A DNA stretch of 64,000 nucleotides from a candidate division FCPU426 bacterium (GTDB lineage: Bacteria > Oederibacteriota > PGYV01 > Palsa-1178), in the NCBI GenBank assembly GCA_963840035.1, contig CAWIXE010000002.1, forward strand, positions 288,001-352,000. The letters are read 5' to 3'. Positions 42,779 to 53,703 of the stretch are shown here, in pieces. The stretch's first letter is position 1, and the number at the start of each line of letters is the position of its first letter. Under the pieces are notes generated by a model. The model made no database searches, was not told the DNA's origin, and saw nothing but the letters and a program-made list of their open reading frames with translations. Made by a program: the position numbers and the translations under genes.

Positions 42779-43360
42779 ATGGACGAACTTGAGATCATAA
42801 AGCGCGTTAAAAAAGGCGAGACAAAATATTTTGAGGAAATCATAAACAAATACAAAAAGGTCGTATTCGGCCATTGTTATAATTTTTTGCGCAACAGGGA
42901 AGACGCGGAGGACGTGACGCAGGAAGTGTTTGTCAGCGTATATAACAACCTCGCCTCTTTCAGGGGCGACTCAAAGCTCTCCACGTGGATATACAGGATA
43001 ACCATGAACAGCTGTAAGAACAGGTTAAAACAGATGCAGCGCCTGAAAGCCAATTTTATCGAGGAGTTTTATGAGCCGGGCGGCGAGGAAAGGGAAAGCC
43101 TGGTAAACGAGATACAGGAAAAGGAAGAAAAACAGCCGGACAAGGAATTTGTGTCCGATGACATGCGTAAGACCGTTTATAAAAGGATCGATGAGCTCAC
43201 GGAAGAACAAAAAAACGTGATACTTTTGCGTGATGTGGACGGGCTGTCTTATGAGGAGATCGGCCAGTTGTTGAAGCTTTCTGTTCCGGCAGTTAAATCA
43301 AAACTGTTCAGGGCAAGGGAGAATTTAAGGGAAAAGCTTCAGAAAGACAATATCTTATAA
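42779..43360 (+). CDS. ECF RNA polymerase sigma factor (ECF-2, RpoE/SigW-like)
   Basis: DAEDVTQEVF, FRGDSKLSTWIYRI, GLSYEEI, VKSKLFRAR. Confidence 0.95.
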   Translation: MDELEIIKRVKKGETKYFEEIINKYKKVVFGHCYNFLRNREDAEDVTQEVFVSVYNNLASFRGDSKLSTWIYRITMNSCKNRLKQMQRLKANFIEEFYEPGGEERESLVNEIQEKEEKQPDKEFVSDDMRKTVYKRIDELTEEQKNVILLRDVDGLSYEEIGQLLKLSVPAVKSKLFRARENLREKLQKDNIL

Positions 43361-43401
43361 TTGTCAATTCGTTGTGTCAGGTTTTTATGTAAAAATACAG
43401 C

Positions 43402-43429
43402 GAAACTTTTTTAGCGGGTCGTTGTCATA
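43402..43429 (+). promoter_or_regulatory. ECF-2 promoter candidate before the anti-sigma gene
   Basis: GAAACT-N16-GTCATA. Confidence 0.6.
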
Positions 43430-43454
43430 TATTTAACGATTGGAGGTTTAAAAA

Positions 43455-44420
43455 ATGCAAGAAATAAAATGCGAAAAACATAAAGAGCTGATTATGGAAA
43501 TGGTGGACGGTGAAATTAAAGCCGGTGACATTTCCATTGTTGAATCTCATTTGAAATCATGCAAAGAATGCGCCGATTATAAAAAAGACCTTATAAATAT
43601 GACCGTTTTTACGAATTCTATGAAAGTTGAAGCTCCGGATTTCATGGAAACAAGGATTATGGCAAGGATTGCCGCTCCAACAGCAGTTTCCGGGTTCAGG
43701 TGGTTTCCTGCATTATCATATGGAAGCACTTTTGCTGTGGCAGTCATAGCAGGCTTTCTCCTTATATATAACAAGCCTGGAACCGTTGAAGTTAATACTG
43801 CGTCAGTCAAAAAAGCTGAAAAAACAACGGTTGCGTCAGTAAAGAAAGTTACGACTGAAACTTCAAAAACAACTGTAAAATCAGTTGAAATAGCGAAAAA
43901 AGAAGCGCCTGCAGTCATTGATCCACCTAAAAATGAAGAAAAAAAGGAAGTAATTGCTTCCGCGCCATATATGGCGCCGGTTAATTCATCCAATTCAGGC
44001 ATGAGCCAGCAGGTTGTGCCGTCAGGCGGAAACAAGTCAAATGGAGTTTCGCAGGTTGAAAATAGCGGTATGGTATCGGCCGCAAGCGGATTGGACAAAG
44101 TTCCGGTTCCCACGAGAATACCTTTACTTGAAAGTGAAAAAGCGATTGTGGCGAATAACCTTATAAACCCTGACAGGGGAGAAACATCAAGAATAATGAT
44201 TAATGTTGAAGATGCCTGCAGGGTCAGGATAATGATTTACGACAAAAACATGCAGGTTGTCAAAGAGATAGTCGACGAAGACAAACTTCCGGGCAAATAT
44301 GAAGCCTTATGGGCGGGGAAAAATGACGAAAACCGCACAGTTTCACAGGGCGTATATTTTGTTTACATTCAGCTCGGGAAAAGGGTAATTAAAAAGAATA
44401 TTATGGTGGTAAAACAGTAA
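43455..44420 (+). CDS. Zinc-finger (ZAS) anti-sigma factor with TM, linker and C-terminal FlgD-Ig/CTD-like domain
   Basis: HLKSCKEC (HxxxCxxC), one TM, NPDRGE...IYDKN...WAGKND...VSQGVYFV...KKNIMVVKQ. Confidence 0.85.
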   Translation: MQEIKCEKHKELIMEMVDGEIKAGDISIVESHLKSCKECADYKKDLINMTVFTNSMKVEAPDFMETRIMARIAAPTAVSGFRWFPALSYGSTFAVAVIAGFLLIYNKPGTVEVNTASVKKAEKTTVASVKKVTTETSKTTVKSVEIAKKEAPAVIDPPKNEEKKEVIASAPYMAPVNSSNSGMSQQVVPSGGNKSNGVSQVENSGMVSAASGLDKVPVPTRIPLLESEKAIVANNLINPDRGETSRIMINVEDACRVRIMIYDKNMQVVKEIVDEDKLPGKYEALWAGKNDENRTVSQGVYFVYIQLGKRVIKKNIMVVKQ

Positions 44421-44430
44421 CACTTTCAAT

Positions 44431-44516
44431 TTGACAAAATGAGCGGGAAAGCTTAAAATTAAAAGATATTGACGTGTTATATAAAGAGGAAATTTAAGGT
44501 GTTGGAATAGGTCTAT
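44431..44516 (+). promoter_or_regulatory. Tandem sigma70 and ECF-2 promoter candidates
   Basis: TTGACA-17-TAAAAT (44431-44459); GAAATT-N16-GTCTAT (44489-44516). Confidence 0.65.
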
Positions 44517-44568
44517 ATATTGTTTTATTTTTTAGGCGAAACAATAAACGAGAGGCGGTACTTATTAC

Positions 44569-47500
44569 ATGAATAAATTATTGAAGGCGTTAGGTACCTT
44601 TTTATTTATATCTGTTATTTTTTGTTATATCACGCCCGCGGCAAGCGGATACGCGACATATCAGGTGACGTACGCGGCGGGGTCGGCGCAGCTAGCGGAC
44701 TCGGCGCTGCTTGAGTCGACGTATTACCCCAACTGGAAAAGCAACTTTGTCGTGACAGCTGGGGCATACCAGAGGGTGAGGTATCCTGAAGGATTGAACA
44801 ATAACGCCGTATACGGCGGTACAGCGTCGGAAGGAATCGGATACGGGATGCTGCTTGCGGTATGGTTTGATGACCAGCCGCTGTTTAACAATTTATGGAA
44901 TTATAAGGTACAGCACTCGGTAAAAGGCGGGCTGATGGCATGGCTCGTGGACCAGAACGGAAATAACTTAGACCCGAACTCCGCGACAGACGCGGACGAA
45001 GACATAGCCATGGCGCTGATACTGGCCCACCGCAGGTGGGGAAGCTCCGGGGTTAACTACAATTCCCTTGCGAGTTTGGAAATCGGAAAGATATCGTCGC
45101 AGGACATAGACACTACGGATTTCCACCCGTACCCGGGGGATTACTGCACGCACGCAAGCAACACAAACACATACCCGTCATACTTCACGCCGGCATGGTA
45201 CCGCGAGTTCGGTATACAGAGCGGAGACACGACGACATGGAACAAGGTAATAGCAAGGACATGGACGATGCTGACCACTGGCGGAACCAGGAGCGGCACA
45301 ACGGGGCTGGCGACAGAGTTGTGCACGGCAAACGGAGGCGCGGTATCAAACATAGACAGTTACAATTCGTGCAGGATACCGTGGAGGTATTCGCTGGATT
45401 ACTGCTGGAACACGGACGCGAACGCGCTGGCGCAGATAAAGCTGAACGCGGCGTTTTTTAACGGATCAGCGACGACATGCGGAGCGGGATACGACATAAA
45501 CGCGGCAAACAACGGAGTAAGGCAGGACGCGACGCATAACGGATCAAGGGTAGGGCCGGTAACCACGGCGTTTATGTACAGCACAGCGCCGGCGGGGCAG
45601 CTGCAGGCGTTTTACAATGACGCTGTAGCGCAGCAGTCGGACACTGGACATTTTTATAACGTATCGCTGGCATTATTAGGAATGCTGCAGGCAACAGGAA
45701 ACTGCCCGAGGATGTTCGGGGCAGCACAGCCGACGCCGACGCCGAAACAGGGAGACCTGTTTGACGACTGCGAAGACGGGGACAATGTAAATATGTGGGG
45801 CGGCTACTGGTATACATACGATGACAATGATAACAATAATAAAGGCACCTCGCTTGTAGTGCCGTGGTCGGACAACCACTCGGCAACAGCGGGAAAGACG
45901 CCGACGCCGTTTTCCATGCAGGCGCCGGGATATCCGACAAGCCCGTACGGCACGGTATTTGGGGCCAGGATGACGGGAAATGTAACCACGGCATGCGCGT
46001 GGGGATTCATAGGGATGGGGTCAGGGACAAGCGCTGACAGCGGATCGCCCACATATGCGGTAAAGGACCTGACGGTATACGGGCTGGCTGCGGGAGGATT
46101 CCGTTTCAAGGTAAAAACCAATGACATTAAGCATTATACGGTAAAGATATCATGCCCGGCGTCTGTAACAAGCGCGGCGGGAGCGGATTATAATTTTGAT
46201 TTTGCCGGATCCACGGCGTGGTCGCAGGTGGACGTGCCGTTCTCGGCGCTGACACAGCCGACATGGCGCACGATAATCATGGATAAGGCGCTGGTATTGA
46301 GAAACGCGACAGACCTTCAGTGGCAGACCGTAGGCCAGCCGACAACGCAGTTTGACATAATGGTGGACGACATAGAGTTCTACCCGGCCCTGCCGGCGAC
46401 ACCTACGCCGACATATTGTGTCGGAGAAAAGCTTGACAGCATGGAAGACGGGGACAACATGAACGAGTTTGGCGGGTTCTGGTATACATACGCCAATGAC
46501 ACAGGTACGGCAAAAGCGTCGACAATATGGCCTGACTCGCCGCATGGGGTCACATTTACCATGAGCGCGCCCGGAGCAAACGGTTCCTTGTTCTGCGCGA
46601 GGATAACAGGGACGGTAAGCAATGCAACAGTGCCGTTTGTCGGGATGGGGACGAACATGAGGTCTGACGGGTCAAGCGCCAACATGGGCGGATTTATCGG
46701 GCTCACATTCTGGGCAAAAGGCGACGGAAACCTGTACAGCGTAAAATTAAAGTCTGACCCGACCGTTATAACTGGCGGCAACGAGTTCAAGTACACATTC
46801 AGGAGCACCATAGGAGCGTCCGAGGGATGGGAACAGATGAACATACCGTTCTCCATATTCACGCAGGAGAGGGGATGGGGCACAAAGACCACGGTGGCGT
46901 TAGTGCTTGCCAAACTGCAGCAAATACAGTTTGAAAGCAAGGGGCCCAGCCATACGGTTGATTTCTCAGTGGATGACGTGGAGTTTGAGTGCTCGCAGAA
47001 CTGGACTCCCACGGTAACTAAAACAATTCAGCCTCCAACAAGCACCATTACGCCCACGCATACGGTATCGCCCACATGGACCAGCTCAAATACGAAATCC
47101 GCGACGCCGACCAAGACGGACACGGCAACATATACTTCCACGGCAACAGGCACGTATACAAAATCATCCACGCCTACCGGGACATATACCAATACGCCGG
47201 CAAACACATCCACAAATACGCCGACAGGCACGAACAGCGCCACCAGGTCAGCGACGCCGACACCCACATTTACAAATTCCCCGGCAAACTCGCCGACGGA
47301 TACCCCGACGGCTACAAGCACTTCCACAAAATCTTCAACCGCGACTTCCACATATACAAATACGCCTATCAATTCCCCGACTAATACGCCGACTGTAACT
47401 GACACGGGCACGAAGACGGCCAGCCCGACGGAGTCTTCGACAAAAACAAGCACGCCGACCGTGACAGAAACCAGCTCGTTTACAAATACGCCGACAAGTT

Positions 47501-48462
47501 CTAACACGGCCACGGTAACGCCTACATTTACTCAAACCCAGACTTTCAGCAATACGCCCACGGCCACGGAGACAGGCACGACAACCGAAACATGGACTGT
47601 TTCGCCTACTTTCACGGCATCCCCTACGATATCAGAGACATATACGAACAGCCCGACATATACGGTTACGGATACAAAAACGTATACCGCTACGGCTACG
47701 CCCAGCAGCACAGGGACCAGCACCAATACAGCCACGGTTACTCCGACCGCGAGTTCCTCTGTCACGGCTACATCTTCGATAAGCCAGACTTCCACGCCGG
47801 GCAATACCTTTACATATACAAATACGCCGGAGAATACATTCACAAACACGCCGGGCAATACCGCCACATATACGAACACGCCGGTAAATACTGCCACAAA
47901 TACGCCGGTTAACACGTCAACAAACACCCCTGCTAACACGGCGACAAATACGCCTGTCAATACCGCAACGAATACTCCGGCAGATACGGCCACTTTTACC
48001 AGGACAAATACTCCTGTGGATACGGCTACTTTCACCAAGACCAATACGCCGGTTAATACCGCAACCGGAACATACACGCCCACAAGCACCATCACAAAAA
48101 CGTTATTACCCACAGCGACGGTTACATATACATCCACGCCGGACACTCAGGCTGTTGACGGATTGAAGCCGCATCCAAACCCATATAACCCTAAAAAAGG
48201 GGATCTGCTTATAGGATTCAGGGTTGCCCGGCCGGATGTGGATTCTATCACTATCAAAGTTTACACGTCGGGGCAGAGGCTTATCAGAAGTGTTACCTTG
48301 AATCAGGCCCAATCCATCATAGCCATGAATATTGGTTATATCGGATGTAAGGCGGATCTGTTTAAAAGTTTATCAAACGGCACCTATTATTACATGATAA
48401 TCGCCAAAAAAGGCGGCACAGAAACTAAATCAAAGATTGACAAAATTATAATATTAAAGTAA
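44569..48462 (+). CDS. GH8 glycanase + 2 CBM11/CIA30-like modules + Thr-rich stalk + T9SS-like CTD
   Basis: [39 protein letters not shown]...LSNGTYYY...KIIILK. Confidence 0.9.
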   Translation: MNKLLKALGTFLFISVIFCYITPAASGYATYQVTYAAGSAQLADSALLESTYYPNWKSNFVVTAGAYQRVRYPEGLNNNAVYGGTASEGIGYGMLLAVWFDDQPLFNNLWNYKVQHSVKGGLMAWLVDQNGNNLDPNSATDADEDIAMALILAHRRWGSSGVNYNSLASLEIGKISSQDIDTTDFHPYPGDYCTHASNTNTYPSYFTPAWYREFGIQSGDTTTWNKVIARTWTMLTTGGTRSGTTGLATELCTANGGAVSNIDSYNSCRIPWRYSLDYCWNTDANALAQIKLNAAFFNGSATTCGAGYDINAANNGVRQDATHNGSRVGPVTTAFMYSTAPAGQLQAFYNDAVAQQSDTGHFYNVSLALLGMLQATGNCPRMFGAAQPTPTPKQGDLFDDCEDGDNVNMWGGYWYTYDDNDNNNKGTSLVVPWSDNHSATAGKTPTPFSMQAPGYPTSPYGTVFGARMTGNVTTACAWGFIGMGSGTSADSGSPTYAVKDLTVYGLAAGGFRFKVKTNDIKHYTVKISCPASVTSAAGADYNFDFAGSTAWSQVDVPFSALTQPTWRTIIMDKALVLRNATDLQWQTVGQPTTQFDIMVDDIEFYPALPATPTPTYCVGEKLDSMEDGDNMNEFGGFWYTYANDTGTAKASTIWPDSPHGVTFTMSAPGANGSLFCARITGTVSNATVPFVGMGTNMRSDGSSANMGGFIGLTFWAKGDGNLYSVKLKSDPTVITGGNEFKYTFRSTIGASEGWEQMNIPFSIFTQERGWGTKTTVALVLAKLQQIQFESKGPSHTVDFSVDDVEFECSQNWTPTVTKTIQPPTSTITPTHTVSPTWTSSNTKSATPTKTDTATYTSTATGTYTKSSTPTGTYTNTPANTSTNTPTGTNSATRSATPTPTFTNSPANSPTDTPTATSTSTKSSTATSTYTNTPINSPTNTPTVTDTGTKTASPTESSTKTSTPTVTETSSFTNTPTSSNTATVTPTFTQTQTFSNTPTATETGTTTETWTVSPTFTASPTISETYTNSPTYTVTDTKTYTATATPSSTGTSTNTATVTPTASSSVTATSSISQTSTPGNTFTYTNTPENTFTNTPGNTATYTNTPVNTATNTPVNTSTNTPANTATNTPVNTATNTPADTATFTRTNTPVDTATFTKTNTPVNTATGTYTPTSTITKTLLPTATVTYTSTPDTQAVDGLKPHPNPYNPKKGDLLIGFRVARPDVDSITIKVYTSGQRLIRSVTLNQAQSIIAMNIGYIGCKADLFKSLSNGTYYYMIIAKKGGTETKSKIDKIIILK
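44625..47014 (+). repeat. 2390-bp direct repeat, copy 1
   Basis: Appears identical to 48581-50970 (offset 3956); translations and shadow ORFs match. Confidence 0.95.
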
Positions 48463-48530
48463 TATAAGGCAATTTTTTAGAGGTTTGCTAATATTTTGTT
48501 ATATAATCCGGTACGGATTAGGAGGATTTT

Positions 48531-51500
48531 ATGAATAAAAAATTGGTTTTTGTCCTTTTTACTATTATTGCGTGCATGTTTTATATCACGCCCGCGGCAA
48601 GCGGATACGCGACATATCAGGTGACGTACGCGGCGGGGTCGGCGCAGCTAGCGGACTCGGCGCTGCTTGAGTCGACGTATTACCCCAACTGGAAAAGCAA
48701 CTTTGTCGTGACAGCTGGGGCATACCAGAGGGTGAGGTATCCTGAAGGATTGAACAATAACGCCGTATACGGCGGTACAGCGTCGGAAGGAATCGGATAC
48801 GGGATGCTGCTTGCGGTATGGTTTGATGACCAGCCGCTGTTTAACAATTTATGGAATTATAAGGTACAGCACTCGGTAAAAGGCGGGCTGATGGCATGGC
48901 TCGTGGACCAGAACGGAAATAACTTAGACCCGAACTCCGCGACAGACGCGGACGAAGACATAGCCATGGCGCTGATACTGGCCCACCGCAGGTGGGGAAG
49001 CTCCGGGGTTAACTACAATTCCCTTGCGAGTTTGGAAATCGGAAAGATATCGTCGCAGGACATAGACACTACGGATTTCCACCCGTACCCGGGGGATTAC
49101 TGCACGCACGCAAGCAACACAAACACATACCCGTCATACTTCACGCCGGCATGGTACCGCGAGTTCGGTATACAGAGCGGAGACACGACGACATGGAACA
49201 AGGTAATAGCAAGGACATGGACGATGCTGACCACTGGCGGAACCAGGAGCGGCACAACGGGGCTGGCGACAGAGTTGTGCACGGCAAACGGAGGCGCGGT
49301 ATCAAACATAGACAGTTACAATTCGTGCAGGATACCGTGGAGGTATTCGCTGGATTACTGCTGGAACACGGACGCGAACGCGCTGGCGCAGATAAAGCTG
49401 AACGCGGCGTTTTTTAACGGATCAGCGACGACATGCGGAGCGGGATACGACATAAACGCGGCAAACAACGGAGTAAGGCAGGACGCGACGCATAACGGAT
49501 CAAGGGTAGGGCCGGTAACCACGGCGTTTATGTACAGCACAGCGCCGGCGGGGCAGCTGCAGGCGTTTTACAATGACGCTGTAGCGCAGCAGTCGGACAC
49601 TGGACATTTTTATAACGTATCGCTGGCATTATTAGGAATGCTGCAGGCAACAGGAAACTGCCCGAGGATGTTCGGGGCAGCACAGCCGACGCCGACGCCG
49701 AAACAGGGAGACCTGTTTGACGACTGCGAAGACGGGGACAATGTAAATATGTGGGGCGGCTACTGGTATACATACGATGACAATGATAACAATAATAAAG
49801 GCACCTCGCTTGTAGTGCCGTGGTCGGACAACCACTCGGCAACAGCGGGAAAGACGCCGACGCCGTTTTCCATGCAGGCGCCGGGATATCCGACAAGCCC
49901 GTACGGCACGGTATTTGGGGCCAGGATGACGGGAAATGTAACCACGGCATGCGCGTGGGGATTCATAGGGATGGGGTCAGGGACAAGCGCTGACAGCGGA
50001 TCGCCCACATATGCGGTAAAGGACCTGACGGTATACGGGCTGGCTGCGGGAGGATTCCGTTTCAAGGTAAAAACCAATGACATTAAGCATTATACGGTAA
50101 AGATATCATGCCCGGCGTCTGTAACAAGCGCGGCGGGAGCGGATTATAATTTTGATTTTGCCGGATCCACGGCGTGGTCGCAGGTGGACGTGCCGTTCTC
50201 GGCGCTGACACAGCCGACATGGCGCACGATAATCATGGATAAGGCGCTGGTATTGAGAAACGCGACAGACCTTCAGTGGCAGACCGTAGGCCAGCCGACA
50301 ACGCAGTTTGACATAATGGTGGACGACATAGAGTTCTACCCGGCCCTGCCGGCGACACCTACGCCGACATATTGTGTCGGAGAAAAGCTTGACAGCATGG
50401 AAGACGGGGACAACATGAACGAGTTTGGCGGGTTCTGGTATACATACGCCAATGACACAGGTACGGCAAAAGCGTCGACAATATGGCCTGACTCGCCGCA
50501 TGGGGTCACATTTACCATGAGCGCGCCCGGAGCAAACGGTTCCTTGTTCTGCGCGAGGATAACAGGGACGGTAAGCAATGCAACAGTGCCGTTTGTCGGG
50601 ATGGGGACGAACATGAGGTCTGACGGGTCAAGCGCCAACATGGGCGGATTTATCGGGCTCACATTCTGGGCAAAAGGCGACGGAAACCTGTACAGCGTAA
50701 AATTAAAGTCTGACCCGACCGTTATAACTGGCGGCAACGAGTTCAAGTACACATTCAGGAGCACCATAGGAGCGTCCGAGGGATGGGAACAGATGAACAT
50801 ACCGTTCTCCATATTCACGCAGGAGAGGGGATGGGGCACAAAGACCACGGTGGCGTTAGTGCTTGCCAAACTGCAGCAAATACAGTTTGAAAGCAAGGGG
50901 CCCAGCCATACGGTTGATTTCTCAGTGGATGACGTGGAGTTTGAGTGCTCGCAGAACTGGACTCCCACGGCCACCAAAACAACTCAGCCGGCCTCGCCGA
51001 CTAATACGGAATCATGGACGCCGTCACCCGCAATAACATCGACATTTACGGGTACCAGGACAAGCACGGTGACGCCGTCATTCACAAAGACTGATACGCC
51101 CTATTACAGCCCGACGGATACGCGGACACCCGTACCTCCTACGGAAACCTGGACGGCATCGCCGGCTTTTACGGCTACGGATACAATGACGCCGCTTCCA
51201 CCGACCTCCACATTCTCGGTATCGCCCATAGCATCGGCAACAAATACGCCGCTGCCGGCAACCGCGACAAATACACCGATGCCTCCGACAATGACTAATA
51301 CGCCATTGCCTCCCACATCCACAAATACGCCGATACCGCCGACGCTGACATTTACACCGATACCGCCATCTCCGACAATAACGAATACACCTGACACAAG
51401 CCTTCCGGTTGATGTGCTTATAGACGACTGCAATGATGGTGATAACGCAAACTTACACGGCGGTTACTGGTACGCGTTTGATGACGCAGGAACAGGGTTG

Positions 51501-53360
51501 TCATATACGGATCCTGTATCTGACAAACGCGCGGTTGTTGACGGCAGGCCGACAGAGACCTTTATGATGAAAGCACCTGACCATACAACAGGAATGTCAG
51601 GTGGAGCGGCCAAGGTAACCGGTGCGGTAATAAATACGGCGGCAGACATCGCGGCTGGCAAAGGCTATGGTTTTATTGGAATGGGTACTAATCTTGCCCA
51701 GCCGGAAATGCCAAAAGATATAGGCTGCTGCAGTGGAATAAGTTTCTACGCCAGAAGTTCAAGTTCCACCATGACATCTTTCAGGATGAAACTGGGACAC
51801 CCGAACGCGTTTACGCCTCCAAATCCAAGCGAGAACATGTATGGAAAAGCGTTCCCGCTGACGTCAACATGGACACTTATTACCATACCATTCAGTGACT
51901 TAACTCAGCTTCCATGGTGGGGAACAACAATTCTGAGGACAGACGCCCTGAAGTTTGTTAATTCCATACAGTTCCAGTCAACAGCTCCGGATAATACAAA
52001 TGTTGCGGGCATTGACCTTGAGGTAGACGATTTGACAATATATAACTGCGTCGGAGGCTGTATGCCTACGCCGTTACCTACAGTTGTCATACCCCCGACA
52101 CCGACTATAACACCAACGCCCAATGCGCCGCTTGTGGATTTCCTTGTGGATGACTGCACGGACGGGGATAACGCGAACAAGCTCGGAGGATACTGGTACA
52201 CATTTGATGACGCAAATGCGTCAACACATTCATATGTCTGGCCCATGTCGGACAAATGGGGCGTGATTAAGGCCGTTCCGACATATGCTTTTATCATGTC
52301 GGCGCCGGGATATAATAGCACGGGTTTTGCGGCGCAGATGACCGGAACCACGACCAATGAGCTTCTGTCAGGAACCTCATATATTGACTTCCTTGGAATG
52401 GGAACAAATCTATCGGAACCCAAAGGCCCGATACAGCTTAATTGCTGCGGAGGCGTCAGGTTCTACGCAAAGTCAGACACCCCGGGCGTAATGGCTAATT
52501 TCAGGGTAAAACTCGGCGCAACAGCCGCGTACGCACTGGCCGGAGGCGAGGGCGGGGATATGTACGGCAAGGAATTCACGGTGACAAATACATGGCAGCT
52601 TTATCAGATAGGCTTTGACAGCTTTACAGCGGAAGGCTGGGGTGCCACTAATTACCCGGGAAATCAGCCTTCAAGGGCGCAGGCTCTGGCACAGGCTGAC
52701 TCTATTCAGTTCCAGTCAACCGGACAGGGGAAGGCAAACATAGACCTCTGGGTTGATGACCTGTACCTTACAAACTGCTATTCGGGATGCGTTGCGGCAC
52801 CGCCGGCACCGACTAGCACAAACACGCCGAATATACCGGCAACAGCGACTAACACACCTTATATCGGTCCGTCAGCGACAAATACGCCTATAGTTCCGAC
52901 AGCGACAAACACGCCGTACATACCGGGCGGTCCGACAGCGACTAACACTCCTTATATACCTGGAGGCGCTACAGCAACGCCGACGGCAATGCCGGTGTCT
53001 GATGTGCTCGAAATAGTGCCCGGTACAGTCGTTGTTTATCCTAATCCGGCAATGAATGACACAGACCCGATTATAATAAGGTTCTTATTAAGAAAAGAAG
53101 CGTCTGAAGCTACAGTAAGGGTATTCACCTCAGGTATGAGGCTTGTCAGGGAGGCAAAAGTTACCCTTCCCATGTCAGGCCCGTCAGGAAATATCCTCGG
53201 AGCTATGGGGCCTGTCAGCGGCGGCGGAACCTGCTATATAGGGTTGAAATATGATTTCATCAAACCGCTTTCAAAAGGCACATATTACTTCGTCATAGAT
53301 GTTAAGAAAGGCAGTGAAACCGCAAAATCAAAAGTTGAGAAGATAATAAAACTTAAGTAA
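48531..53360 (+). CDS. GH8 glycanase + 4 CBM11/CIA30-like modules + Pro/Thr linkers + T9SS-like CTD
   Basis: Same GH8 and first two modules; two further DDC.DGDNAN..GGYWY.FDD modules; YPNP...LSKGTYYF...KIIKLK. Confidence 0.9.
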   Translation: MNKKLVFVLFTIIACMFYITPAASGYATYQVTYAAGSAQLADSALLESTYYPNWKSNFVVTAGAYQRVRYPEGLNNNAVYGGTASEGIGYGMLLAVWFDDQPLFNNLWNYKVQHSVKGGLMAWLVDQNGNNLDPNSATDADEDIAMALILAHRRWGSSGVNYNSLASLEIGKISSQDIDTTDFHPYPGDYCTHASNTNTYPSYFTPAWYREFGIQSGDTTTWNKVIARTWTMLTTGGTRSGTTGLATELCTANGGAVSNIDSYNSCRIPWRYSLDYCWNTDANALAQIKLNAAFFNGSATTCGAGYDINAANNGVRQDATHNGSRVGPVTTAFMYSTAPAGQLQAFYNDAVAQQSDTGHFYNVSLALLGMLQATGNCPRMFGAAQPTPTPKQGDLFDDCEDGDNVNMWGGYWYTYDDNDNNNKGTSLVVPWSDNHSATAGKTPTPFSMQAPGYPTSPYGTVFGARMTGNVTTACAWGFIGMGSGTSADSGSPTYAVKDLTVYGLAAGGFRFKVKTNDIKHYTVKISCPASVTSAAGADYNFDFAGSTAWSQVDVPFSALTQPTWRTIIMDKALVLRNATDLQWQTVGQPTTQFDIMVDDIEFYPALPATPTPTYCVGEKLDSMEDGDNMNEFGGFWYTYANDTGTAKASTIWPDSPHGVTFTMSAPGANGSLFCARITGTVSNATVPFVGMGTNMRSDGSSANMGGFIGLTFWAKGDGNLYSVKLKSDPTVITGGNEFKYTFRSTIGASEGWEQMNIPFSIFTQERGWGTKTTVALVLAKLQQIQFESKGPSHTVDFSVDDVEFECSQNWTPTATKTTQPASPTNTESWTPSPAITSTFTGTRTSTVTPSFTKTDTPYYSPTDTRTPVPPTETWTASPAFTATDTMTPLPPTSTFSVSPIASATNTPLPATATNTPMPPTMTNTPLPPTSTNTPIPPTLTFTPIPPSPTITNTPDTSLPVDVLIDDCNDGDNANLHGGYWYAFDDAGTGLSYTDPVSDKRAVVDGRPTETFMMKAPDHTTGMSGGAAKVTGAVINTAADIAAGKGYGFIGMGTNLAQPEMPKDIGCCSGISFYARSSSSTMTSFRMKLGHPNAFTPPNPSENMYGKAFPLTSTWTLITIPFSDLTQLPWWGTTILRTDALKFVNSIQFQSTAPDNTNVAGIDLEVDDLTIYNCVGGCMPTPLPTVVIPPTPTITPTPNAPLVDFLVDDCTDGDNANKLGGYWYTFDDANASTHSYVWPMSDKWGVIKAVPTYAFIMSAPGYNSTGFAAQMTGTTTNELLSGTSYIDFLGMGTNLSEPKGPIQLNCCGGVRFYAKSDTPGVMANFRVKLGATAAYALAGGEGGDMYGKEFTVTNTWQLYQIGFDSFTAEGWGATNYPGNQPSRAQALAQADSIQFQSTGQGKANIDLWVDDLYLTNCYSGCVAAPPAPTSTNTPNIPATATNTPYIGPSATNTPIVPTATNTPYIPGGPTATNTPYIPGGATATPTAMPVSDVLEIVPGTVVVYPNPAMNDTDPIIIRFLLRKEASEATVRVFTSGMRLVREAKVTLPMSGPSGNILGAMGPVSGGGTCYIGLKYDFIKPLSKGTYYFVIDVKKGSETAKSKVEKIIKLK
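48581..50970 (+). repeat. 2390-bp direct repeat, copy 2
   Basis: Appears identical to 44625-47014. Confidence 0.95.
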
Positions 53361-53379
53361 TTAGGCAAGACTTAAATAC

Positions 53380-53416
53380 AAGCCGCCTGCGCGTAAAAAC
53401 GCAGGCGGCTTTTTTT
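53380..53416 (+). terminator. Intrinsic terminator
   Basis: aagccgcctgcg ... cgcaggcggcttttttt. Confidence 0.9.
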
Positions 53417-53454
53417 ATGTAATTTGCGCCGATGTTTTTGATTTGTGACAACTA

Positions 53455-53553
53455 TGACAGCCGCAGCCTTCATGTCCGTCGAAGCTTTAGCGGAGACGGA
53501 TTAGGCTGCGTAAGGCAGGCTGTCGTTTCGCAACCTAAAGGTTGCGGCTGTCA
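53455..53553. repeat. REPIN-like doublet, family A, with a 31-nt hairpin inserted at 53470-53500
   Basis: tgacagccgcagcct[tcatgtccgtcgaagctttagcggagacgga]ttaggctgcg ... cgcaacctaaaggttgcggctgtca. Confidence 0.85.
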
Positions 53554-53619
53554 AGGAATGAAACGCTATTTTACAGTATTATTGGTTTCATATAGCAAAA
53601 CCGTATCTATTATTTTATC

Positions 53620-53647
53620 GGAACATTTGTTATAATAATTTGTCTTA
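53620..53647 (+). promoter_or_regulatory. ECF-2 promoter candidate (with embedded TGnTATAAT)
   Basis: GGAACA-N16-GTCTTA. Confidence 0.6.
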
Positions 53648-53703
53648 TATATTAAGGATATTTATGTCTTCACGTAAAAGTATTCAAAACATATGGAGAA
53701 TAC

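Noticed and set aside
47820..48060. 24-nt periodic repeats as a CRISPR array
   Set aside because: In-frame coding NTP(V/A)NTAT repeats, degenerate at third positions, no unique spacers, no cas genes
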